A stretch of 31,925 nucleotides of DNA from Bacilli bacterium (GTDB taxonomy: Bacteria; Bacillota_I; Bacilli_A; ML615J-28; CAG-698): NCBI GenBank assembly GCA_028702495.1, contig JAQVOS010000011.1, positions 1 to 31,925 on the forward strand, written 5' to 3'. The notes under the pieces were generated by a model. It was not told the DNA's origin. It was given only the letters and a program-made list of their open reading frames with translations, and searched no databases. Each line of letters starts with the position of its first letter. Position 1 is the first letter of the stretch. Shown one piece after another: positions 8,182-17,771 of the stretch. The translations under genes and the position numbers were made by a program.

Positions 8182-10203
8182 ATGGAATTATCACAACTGG
8201 ATTTTATAACAGTTAAAATGGTACAAACTCTCAAAAGGCATGGCATCCAAACGGTAATGGATCTGTTGTTTTATTATCCTACGAAATTTGATGACTACAC
8301 AGTTGTTCATTATGATGAAGCTGAAGTCAATAAAAACATTACCATCGCTGGGATTGTTCAAGGAAAGCCTAATGTTGCAAATGTGAAAACAAATTTAAGC
8401 GTTATGAATTTTTATTGTGATATTGATAATCATAAAGTGCGAATAACTATTTTTAATCGCCATTTTTTACGAACAAAAATCCATTATGGAAAATATGTGC
8501 GTTTAACAGGAAAATTTGATGGCAATAAAAATAAGTTTGTTGCTGCTGAAATTGCTTTTGATGAACTCGGAAGCGCCATCAATCCTATTTTCAATGTTAA
8601 AGGGATTGAAGATAAAAAAATCCTCGAACTCAAAGAAAAACTGTTCTATGACTATCGTCATGAACTTGTGGAAGATTTACCGACGGACCTAAGAATTCGC
8701 TATAATCTTATTTCCATTGAAGATGCCATACGATTTATCAATATTCCCGAGACTATTGAAGAAACCGAACAAGCAGTAAAACGTATCAAGTTTGAAGAAC
8801 TCTTAAAGTATCAACTAAAAGTGAAATATATGCTTTATCAGCGCAAACACAATCCCGAAGGGATTGCCATTGCCTATGATAATAAACGTGTCCAAGCTTT
8901 TATCGATGCCCTCCCCTATAATCTCACTCTAGATCAAGTAACAAGTCTTGGGGAGATATTAGAAGATATTTCATCGTGTTATAAAATGAATCGCTTGCTT
9001 CAAGGAGAAGTTGGAAGTGGGAAAACAATCGTTGCTGCAATTGCTTTATATGCAGTGACAACCGCTGGATACCAAGGAGCCATCATGGTGCCTACGGAAG
9101 TTTTAGCTTATCAACACTATGAAACATTCACTCAATTATTCGAAAACACATCTATAAAAGTCGCCTTATTAACGTCTTCCGTTTCAGCAAAAGAAAAAAA
9201 AGATATTCAAGAAGATCTTGAACTTGGAAAAATTAACATCATGATTGGGACACATTCACTCTTTCAAAAAGATGTTAGCTTTTATCGCTTAGGATTGGTG
9301 GTCACCGACGAAGAACATCGTTTTGGTGTGAAACAACGAGTTTCCATGGTTGGAAAAGGGTATCTAATTGATCATTTAAAGATGAGTGCGACTCCTATTC
9401 CTAGAACCCTTGCCATCAGTATTTTAGGGGATTCGGATATTTCTATCATTAAAACTCTTCCAGGCAATAAAAAGGAAGTTATTACCCATTATATTAGTTA
9501 CGATGAACGTGAATCGGTTTTTAAACACATGCAAGAAGAAATTCGTCAAGGTCGTCAAGTCTTTGTCATTACTCCGATGATTGAAGAATCCGAAACCCTA
9601 GATTTAAAAAACGCTCTCGAAGTGTATGAAAATACCTGTCGTTATTATGAAGGATTCTGTAAAGTGGGTCTTATCCATGGAAAACTCAAAACTGAGGAAA
9701 AAGAAGAAGTTATGCATCAGTTTGCCCGCAATGAAATTCAAATATTAGTAGCAACCAGTGTCATTGAAGTTGGTGTCAATGTTGTCAATGCGACCACAAT
9801 GGTAATTTTAGATGCCGATCGATTTGGAATTGCTCAACTTCACCAAATGCGAGGACGTGTACGCCGTAGCGATTATCAAGCTACTTGCTTTTTGATTAGC
9901 AAATCCACTGTCGAATCATCCATTAAACGCTTAAAATTAATCGAAGAAAACAGTGATGGTTTTGTTTTGGCAGAAGAAGATCTTTTAATTCGTGGCCAAG
10001 GTGATATCTTTGGAGAAAAACAGTCTGGATTGATTACTTTTAAAATGGCAAACATCATCACTGATAAAGACACACTTGAAGAAGTAAATGGTATTGCTGA
10101 TGAACTGATTGCATCAAAAGTCTTGTTTGAAGATGAATCATATCAAACTTTATTGCAAATGGCGCATAATAATTATCAAGAAAAGAAACAAATATTAGAA
10201 TGA
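8182..10203 (+). CDS. recG: ATP-dependent DNA helicase RecG
   Basis: 673 aa. Walker A is present (GEVGSGKT), as are DEEHRFG, the TATPIPRT motif and helicase C motifs. Confidence 0.9.
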   Translation: MELSQLDFITVKMVQTLKRHGIQTVMDLLFYYPTKFDDYTVVHYDEAEVNKNITIAGIVQGKPNVANVKTNLSVMNFYCDIDNHKVRITIFNRHFLRTKIHYGKYVRLTGKFDGNKNKFVAAEIAFDELGSAINPIFNVKGIEDKKILELKEKLFYDYRHELVEDLPTDLRIRYNLISIEDAIRFINIPETIEETEQAVKRIKFEELLKYQLKVKYMLYQRKHNPEGIAIAYDNKRVQAFIDALPYNLTLDQVTSLGEILEDISSCYKMNRLLQGEVGSGKTIVAAIALYAVTTAGYQGAIMVPTEVLAYQHYETFTQLFENTSIKVALLTSSVSAKEKKDIQEDLELGKINIMIGTHSLFQKDVSFYRLGLVVTDEEHRFGVKQRVSMVGKGYLIDHLKMSATPIPRTLAISILGDSDISIIKTLPGNKKEVITHYISYDERESVFKHMQEEIRQGRQVFVITPMIEESETLDLKNALEVYENTCRYYEGFCKVGLIHGKLKTEEKEEVMHQFARNEIQILVATSVIEVGVNVVNATTMVILDADRFGIAQLHQMRGRVRRSDYQATCFLISKSTVESSIKRLKLIEENSDGFVLAEEDLLIRGQGDIFGEKQSGLITFKMANIITDKDTLEEVNGIADELIASKVLFEDESYQTLLQMAHNNYQEKKQILE

Positions 10204-10212
10204 GGAGTTTTT

Positions 10213-11211
10213 ATGGTTAAATTAGCTATTGATATCATGGGAGGAGATTTTGCTCCCGATGAAATAATCCGTGGAGTCAATCTCGCCATGGAGACTTACG
10301 ACGACTTGGAACTGACATTATTTGGAGATGAGAGCAAGATTCAATCTCTCATAACCCCCAATCCTCGCATCCATGTTGTCCATGCTCCTGAAAAAATCAA
10401 CATGGGAGAAAAAGATCCTATTAGCCTTATTCGACGGAATAAGGAACTATCTCTCGTCCAAACTTTTAGAGCGCTTAGAGAAGGGCTTGTGGATGGAGTC
10501 GTGACAGCCGGACCTACACAAGGCGTGATTGTTGCGAGTCATCTAATTGTACGTCGTCTACTAGGTATGAAACGCGTGGCTCTTTGTCCAACTCTTCCAA
10601 CATTCGCTGGAAAAAGTCGTTTATTACTCGATGTGGGTGCAAATATTGACATTCGTCCAGAACATATGCTTCAACATGCTATGTTTGCTTCTGTCTATAT
10701 GACTGAAACTCAGCATATAGAAAAACCACTTGTTGGTCTTGTGAATATTGGTGCTGAGCCAGGTAAAGGAAGAGAGTTAGAGCATGAAGCTTTTGAACTC
10801 TTATCACATTCCCCTCATATCAATTTCTATGGAAATGTTGAACCAAAGGAAGTCCTCACCACTGAATGTGACATTCTTCTTACCGATGGCTTCTCTGGCA
10901 ATTTGGTCATGAAGACGATTGAAGGAACTGCTAAAGCCCTTGGAATGGCTTTAAAAGAAGAAATTGGTCGCAACATTTGGGGAAAGATTGGCTATCTATT
11001 CATGAAGAAGAATCTTCAAGCTTTCAAAAAACGCATGAGTGCGGATGATGTCGGTGGTGCTGTAATTTTCGGAGTTGATGGTATCATTGTAAAAGCCCAT
11101 GGGTCAAGTAATGCCTATGCCTTCTCACGTGCTATTCACCAAGCCCGATTGGCTGTTTTGGGGAATGTAGTCGCGAAAATGAAAGAAAAACTGGTTGTTG
11201 AAGATGAGTAA
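10213..11211 (+). CDS. plsX: Phosphate acyltransferase PlsX
   Basis: 332 aa. IAIDIMGGDFAP at the N-terminus and an SGN…KAHG C-terminal region. A GAGGAG RBS is present. Confidence 0.9.
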   Translation: MVKLAIDIMGGDFAPDEIIRGVNLAMETYDDLELTLFGDESKIQSLITPNPRIHVVHAPEKINMGEKDPISLIRRNKELSLVQTFRALREGLVDGVVTAGPTQGVIVASHLIVRRLLGMKRVALCPTLPTFAGKSRLLLDVGANIDIRPEHMLQHAMFASVYMTETQHIEKPLVGLVNIGAEPGKGRELEHEAFELLSHSPHINFYGNVEPKEVLTTECDILLTDGFSGNLVMKTIEGTAKALGMALKEEIGRNIWGKIGYLFMKKNLQAFKKRMSADDVGGAVIFGVDGIIVKAHGSSNAYAFSRAIHQARLAVLGNVVAKMKEKLVVEDE

Positions 11212-11893
11212 GGACGATTTTGCGATTAAACTAAAGGAGCTTTCGCTCAAATTAGGATTTACCATTCATGATGAAATCCTCTTTCGCGAAGCCTTTACGC
11301 ATCCTTCTTATGCCAATGAAAATAAAGGCGAACATTATGATCGTCTTGAGTTTTTAGGAGATGCCATTCTTGACTTTATTGTTAGTGAATATTTATATAA
11401 TCATTTCAAACTTGCTGAAGGTGAAATGACAAAAATTCGAGCAAAGTTTGTTTGTGCCTCGGCGAACGTCGAATACAGCCGCGAACTTGGCTTACCAGAA
11501 CTTATTCTTTTAGGCCATGGTGCTCAAGAACATAATGAAAGTTCACATGCTGTGATTGCTGATGTGTTTGAATCCTTTTTAGGAGCCCTATATCTTGATC
11601 AAGGATTAGAGAGGGTACGTACCCTTATTCAAAAAGTGGTTCTTCCAAAAATCAATGTTCAAAAAGTAGATTTTTTCATTGACTATAAGAGTAAATTACA
11701 AGAGTATGTCCAAGCCGAAAGTCGGCAAGGAGTCATTTATACTTTAATCGAAGAAGTAGGACCTCCTCATGACAAGACATTCACCACGAGTGTCAACCAC
11801 GATGGAATTATTCTTGGCACAGGACAGGGGAAATCTAAAAAAGAAGCTGAACAAAACGCAGCAAAAGATGCTCTTCAAAAAGTAGCGAGGTGA
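11204..11893 (+). CDS. rnc: Ribonuclease III
   Basis: RNase III signature ERLEFLGDA, plus a dsRBD at the C-terminus. It overlaps the plsX stop. The start codon is ambiguous: TTG at 11195 or ATG at 11204. Confidence 0.85.
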   Translation: MSKDDFAIKLKELSLKLGFTIHDEILFREAFTHPSYANENKGEHYDRLEFLGDAILDFIVSEYLYNHFKLAEGEMTKIRAKFVCASANVEYSRELGLPELILLGHGAQEHNESSHAVIADVFESFLGALYLDQGLERVRTLIQKVVLPKINVQKVDFFIDYKSKLQEYVQAESRQGVIYTLIEEVGPPHDKTFTTSVNHDGIILGTGQGKSKKEAEQNAAKDALQKVAR

Positions 11894-11897
11894 TAGG

Positions 11898-12521
11898 ATG
11901 CGTCAGTATTTTAAACTAATTAAAAATCGAACCATTCCTTTTGATTCATTGTTAATTGATAAATATCATCTAATGGGTCTTAATGAAGTGGATGCTATGA
12001 TACTCATTAAACTACAAAGCTTATTACAACAGGGCAAACGAAAACTATCAACCAAAGAACTTGCCCCAACGATGAGTATCTCCACAACGACCATCAGTAA
12101 ACGATTGGTCGAACTTGTGAATAACGGCTTTGTTAGTTTATCTTTGTCGGAGAAAGATCAATCTGAAACCTTTTCGCTTGATGAAACTTATCGCAAACTT
12201 AGTGCTATCCTTGAACAAGGTGATGAGAAAATGGAGGTTGAAGGAACCTCGAACGATATTAAAGTCGTAGTGGGTCGTTTAGAAAGCGAATTTAAACACA
12301 TGCTCTCAGCTCTCGATTTAGAAGTTGTTCGGCATTGGATCAGTGTTGACCATTTCTCCCTTGATGTGATAGATGAGGCTCTCTTGGAATGTGTAAAAAT
12401 GAGAAAACTGGATGTAAAATACATCGACGTTCTTCTCAATAAAAAAGCGAAGATCTCCACCTCTATCGGACCAAAAGAAAATCTTCAAGAACTCTTTAAT
12501 AATGTCTATGACAAAAAATAA
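11898..12521 (+). CDS. dnaD: DNA replication protein DnaD
   Basis: 207 aa. The N-terminus is winged-helix-like, and a C-terminal DnaD-like domain is suggested by …RHWISVDHFSLDVIDEALLECVKMRKLDVKYIDVLL. It sits immediately upstream of nth as in B. subtilis dnaD-nth. Confidence 0.65.
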   Translation: MRQYFKLIKNRTIPFDSLLIDKYHLMGLNEVDAMILIKLQSLLQQGKRKLSTKELAPTMSISTTTISKRLVELVNNGFVSLSLSEKDQSETFSLDETYRKLSAILEQGDEKMEVEGTSNDIKVVVGRLESEFKHMLSALDLEVVRHWISVDHFSLDVIDEALLECVKMRKLDVKYIDVLLNKKAKISTSIGPKENLQELFNNVYDKK

Positions 12522-13143
12522 TGTGTTTGTTACCTTGAGGGAATTGTTTCCAGAAGCAGGATGCGAGCTCCACTATCGCTCCCTATATGAATTGTTAGTT
12601 GCCGTTATGCTATCAGCACAAACCACTGATAAACGGGTGAATATGGTAACAATTGATCTCTTCAAAAGCTATCCCACAATCGAAGCCTTATCAAAAGCAG
12701 ATCAAAAGATGGTTGAAAAACTCATCAATTCATTGGGATTATATCAAACAAAAGCACGGAACCTCATTCAAATGGCAAAGCAAATTGTCAATGAGTTTGA
12801 AGGAAAAATCCCGAGCACCCTCCAAGATCTAACAACACTGGCGGGGGTTGGTCGAAAAACGGCCAATGTTGTTCTAAGTGAAGGATTTCACGTTCCAGCC
12901 ATCGCTGTCGATACGCATGTCAAACGGGTATCGAATCGATTAGAACTCGTAACATCGGATGATCCCAAAATCATTGAAGAAGGCTTACAAGCACTGTTTC
13001 CAAAAGAACAGTGGCATCAGTTGCATCATCTAATGATTCATTTTGGACGCTACATTTGTAAGGCCAAAAAACCCGAATGTGTTCGATGCTCTTTTGAATG
13101 TCGTCATCGTGAGGCCCCTTATCAAGAAAAAATGCTGCATTAA
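12502..13143 (+). CDS. nth: Endonuclease III (DNA glycosylase/AP lyase)
   Basis: HhH-GPD fold (LVAVMLSAQTTD, GVGRKTANVV) and a C-terminal 4Fe-4S cluster CX6CX2CX5C (CKAKKPECVRCSFEC). Confidence 0.9.
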   Translation: MSMTKNNVFVTLRELFPEAGCELHYRSLYELLVAVMLSAQTTDKRVNMVTIDLFKSYPTIEALSKADQKMVEKLINSLGLYQTKARNLIQMAKQIVNEFEGKIPSTLQDLTTLAGVGRKTANVVLSEGFHVPAIAVDTHVKRVSNRLELVTSDDPKIIEEGLQALFPKEQWHQLHHLMIHFGRYICKAKKPECVRCSFECRHREAPYQEKMLH

Positions 13144-13154
13144 GCAGCATTTTT

Positions 13155-13157
<3 letters not shown>
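13127..13157. terminator. Bidirectional terminator shared by the converging nth and groEL genes
   Basis: A6-ATGCTGC-ATTAA-GCAGCAT-T6. The nth stop lies in the loop and the groEL stop in the T-run. Confidence 0.7.
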
Positions 13158-15051
<1,894 letters not shown>

Positions 15052-15099
15052 GTTTTTTCCTCCTTCAAAATATGTAATTTTCCACGTGTGGATAATAAT

Positions 15100-15128
15100 A
15101 TTATAGCACAATCGTTTAGCACTGTCAA
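15100..15128 (-). promoter_or_regulatory. groESL sigma-A promoter (consensus TTGACA-17-TGcTATAAT on the minus strand)
   Basis: -10 at 15100-15105 and -35 at 15123-15128. The -35 is embedded in the CIRCE element. Confidence 0.6.
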
Positions 15129-15142
15129 TATGTGAGTGCTAA
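15116..15142. promoter_or_regulatory. CIRCE inverted repeat (HrcA operator)
   Basis: TTAGCACTG-N9-GAGTGCTAA. Compare the CIRCE consensus TTAGCACTC-N9-GAGTGCTAA. Confidence 0.85.
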
Positions 15143-15208
15143 AAAAATGCATTTTTTAACATAAAAAACCATCTTAGGGACCTATAAGGGCATTAGATGA
15201 TTTTATGT

Positions 15209-16762
15209 TTATGAAGAAATAACTGTTAAATGTTGGGTAATAGTAGGATTAGGGGTGGCTTGAGTTTGCTTTTGATGGGTATATGTGACAAAAGAACCGG
15301 GCTGACCTTTGACCTTTTTCACATATTTAACGAGTGTATAATCCACCGCGACCTTTCCTTTGGCTTTTGAATAAATTGCAGCAAGGGTAGAAGCAAGATG
15401 GATGGCGTCCTCTGTGAGTTCACCACGAAAGATGCAGTGGCTACCAGGATATTGCGCAACATGGAAGAAATAATCATTCGCGTTCGCCAGTGTATGAGTC
15501 ACATAATTGTTTTGCGTGTTATTTTTACCAATCATGTAGCGATTACCATCCTCATCTTGATAGGTTAAAATGGCAGGCTTTGTTCGTCCTGCAGGGCCTT
15601 TTTTGGGCTCAATTTCTTGCTTGATTTCCTTTAAGTCATGAAGTGAGGCGGCATTTGTTTGTTGAAGAAGTGTCTCTAAGTAATGAATGCGGGTTTTTGT
15701 TTCTTCCATGGTTGCACTTAAAGCATCAATGGTCCGTTTTGCCTTCTTATATTTATTAAACAAGGCGGTGATATTTTCACTCGCTGTTTTATGAGGGTCA
15801 AGGGGAATTGTAATGTCCTCTTGGGTATAAAAATTTAAGACTGTGATCGAATCTTGATACTTCTGGACGAGATGGAGGTTTGAAGCAAGGACGTTGGCGG
15901 TTTGTTCAAGGTGAAGATTGGCTTTGGCTTCTTCCCATTCTTGGATTTGTCTTGAAAGCTTCAGTTCACATTTTTTCAGTTCTTTTTGAATGGTGTGCTG
16001 TAGTCGCTTTTCATCATTTAATGTTTGTGATGATTGTTTTTCAATCGAAAAAAAAGCTTCACACAAGGCTGACAAAGTGGGGTAATAGGTTCGCCTCCCT
16101 GCAAATGAAGGAAGATCAAAGGCATGGAAACAAGATCCCCCTTCCCATTCTATGAGAACAGGATTCACTTTCGCTTCTTGTAAGAAGCGAAGGTTTCCCT
16201 GAATTTCAATTTCACTTAGGAGGGGTCGGGAAACTCCTTCAAGGGGATATTGAATAACTTCTTGGGTAAAAGGATTGTGTTGAAGCGAATGAATCACCGT
16301 ATAGGGCGCGCGGGGGGCTATCAGGCGCTCGTCGGTTATGAAACTACGTTTAACGCTTTCCAAAATGAACTGATTTTCATCCACAAAAATCATATTACTG
16401 GAACGACCTGTGAGTTCAAGCACCATGTAAAGTGAATGTGTGTACCCTAGTTCATCTCGTTTTTCAAGGGTAATCGTGAGAATACGGTCAGCTCCCTGTT
16501 GGGTGATGGCACGAATTATGCTTCCTTCAACATGCTTTTTAAGAAATGATGAAAGACCATGTGTTTGTCCCATGGTTTCATATTGCGTTAGACGCACATG
16601 AGGATGATTCACATCAAGTGAAATCAGTAATCGTTTGCGTGAGGAGAGGGTTAAGAGGTAGTCAGTCGCATTAAAGCAAGCAAACTTTTGAATTCGATCT
16701 CCAAGAATCTGATTGTTTAATTCCTGAACCATAAAATGAAGAAAGACTCCATCAACGGGCAT
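15209..16762 (-). CDS. rqcH: Ribosome quality-control protein RqcH (FbpA / NFACT family)
   Basis: 517 aa from MPVDGVFLHFMVQELNNQILGDRIQKF (NFACT-N). It has a central coiled coil and a C-terminal DUF814/NFACT-R region (…HVAQYPGSHCIF…). A GGAGGTGAT RBS precedes the start. The ORF track over-extends by 19 codons. Confidence 0.75.
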   Translation of the reverse strand: MPVDGVFLHFMVQELNNQILGDRIQKFACFNATDYLLTLSSRKRLLISLDVNHPHVRLTQYETMGQTHGLSSFLKKHVEGSIIRAITQQGADRILTITLEKRDELGYTHSLYMVLELTGRSSNMIFVDENQFILESVKRSFITDERLIAPRAPYTVIHSLQHNPFTQEVIQYPLEGVSRPLLSEIEIQGNLRFLQEAKVNPVLIEWEGGSCFHAFDLPSFAGRRTYYPTLSALCEAFFSIEKQSSQTLNDEKRLQHTIQKELKKCELKLSRQIQEWEEAKANLHLEQTANVLASNLHLVQKYQDSITVLNFYTQEDITIPLDPHKTASENITALFNKYKKAKRTIDALSATMEETKTRIHYLETLLQQTNAASLHDLKEIKQEIEPKKGPAGRTKPAILTYQDEDGNRYMIGKNNTQNNYVTHTLANANDYFFHVAQYPGSHCIFRGELTEDAIHLASTLAAIYSKAKGKVAVDYTLVKYVKKVKGQPGSFVTYTHQKQTQATPNPTITQHLTVISS

Positions 16763-16882
16763 ATCATCACCTCCATCCTTTACTTTATCTATTCTAGCAT
16801 ATTTTCGATGAAAATTCAAAAAATACTTTTATAATAGGTCGAAATGGTGTATAATACTACTATAATGAGGTAGTGTTAGTAT

Positions 16883-17518
16883 ATGAAATTAGATGAAAGA
16901 GGATTATTGATAGTTTTATCAGGGCCCTCAGGCGTTGGAAAAGGGACGGTTCGTGAAGCACTCTTTAAAATGCCAGGGCATGATCTCGTATATTCGATAT
17001 CTATGACAACACGCCAACCACGTGATGGTGAAGTGAACGGTCGTGAATATTTGTTTATTTCACGTGATGAGTTTCAAGAACGGATTCGTCAAAATAAATT
17101 TCTCGAATATGCCGAATTCGTGAACAACTACTATGGAACCCCTTTTGATACCATTGAACAACAATTGTCGGAAGGAAAAGAAGTTGTTCTTGAAATAGAA
17201 GTCAATGGAGCCCTCCAAGTCCGCGAAAAAATGAAAGAAGCTATTTTCATATTCATCGCCCCTCCTACCATGGAAGATTTATATCACCGTTTACGTTCTC
17301 GTGGGACAGAATCCCCGGAAATCGTTGAAGCTCGATGTGAGAAAGCTCGACGCGAAATTGAACTCGCCTATCTCTACGATTACATCGTTGTCAATGATAC
17401 GGTTGAAAATGCTGCTGATAAAGTCATCGCGATTATTCGTGCTGAACATGCAAAAACCGAACGAACCATTGCAACTTATCGCAAAATGTTCCCTAAAGAA
17501 AATAATGAGAGGAAGTAA
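16883..17518 (+). CDS. gmk: Guanylate kinase
   Basis: P-loop at the N-terminus (LIVLSGPSGVGKGT) and a GMP-binding region. Confidence 0.9.
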   Translation: MKLDERGLLIVLSGPSGVGKGTVREALFKMPGHDLVYSISMTTRQPRDGEVNGREYLFISRDEFQERIRQNKFLEYAEFVNNYYGTPFDTIEQQLSEGKEVVLEIEVNGALQVREKMKEAIFIFIAPPTMEDLYHRLRSRGTESPEIVEARCEKARREIELAYLYDYIVVNDTVENAADKVIAIIRAEHAKTERTIATYRKMFPKENNERK

Positions 17519-17522
17519 TAAG

Positions 17523-17732
17523 ATGGATCACAAAAAAGACGGAATGCGTTATCCTGCCATTGATCAATTGGTCAGTAAAACCAGTTCCAAATACAAACTC
17601 GTCATCGGTGCTGCCATTCGGGCACGGCAAATTACTGCTGGAGATCCGATTTTAATCGATAAACCCAATAGCGCAAAACCAATTGGCATTGCTCTTGAAG
17701 AGATTTACGAAAACAAAATTGAGATAAGATAG
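17523..17732 (+). CDS. rpoZ: DNA-directed RNA polymerase subunit omega
   Basis: 69 aa (MDHKKDGMRYPAIDQLVSKTSSKYKLVIGAAIRARQI…). A GAGGAAG RBS precedes it. The ORF-track N-terminal extension overlaps gmk in another frame and was ignored. Confidence 0.85.
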   Translation: MDHKKDGMRYPAIDQLVSKTSSKYKLVIGAAIRARQITAGDPILIDKPNSAKPIGIALEEIYENKIEIR

Positions 17733-17758
17733 CCAATCTTTTGATTTGGCTTTTTTTT
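17731..17758 (+). terminator. Weak terminator or attenuator after rpoZ
   Basis: AGCCAA-N9-TTGGCT followed by T8. Confidence 0.4.
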
Positions 17759-17771
17759 AAAAGGAGGAAAT

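Noticed and set aside
15160-15208. Possible rqcH terminator (CATCT…AGATG followed by T6 on the minus strand)
   Set aside because: The stem is short and heavily mismatched. It is reported only as weak and not listed as a feature.
17301-17522. N-terminal extension of the rpoZ ORF to 143 aa
   Set aside because: The extension overlaps gmk out of frame. A proper RBS (GAGGAAG) precedes the internal ATG at 17523, which gives the expected omega subunit of about 69 aa.
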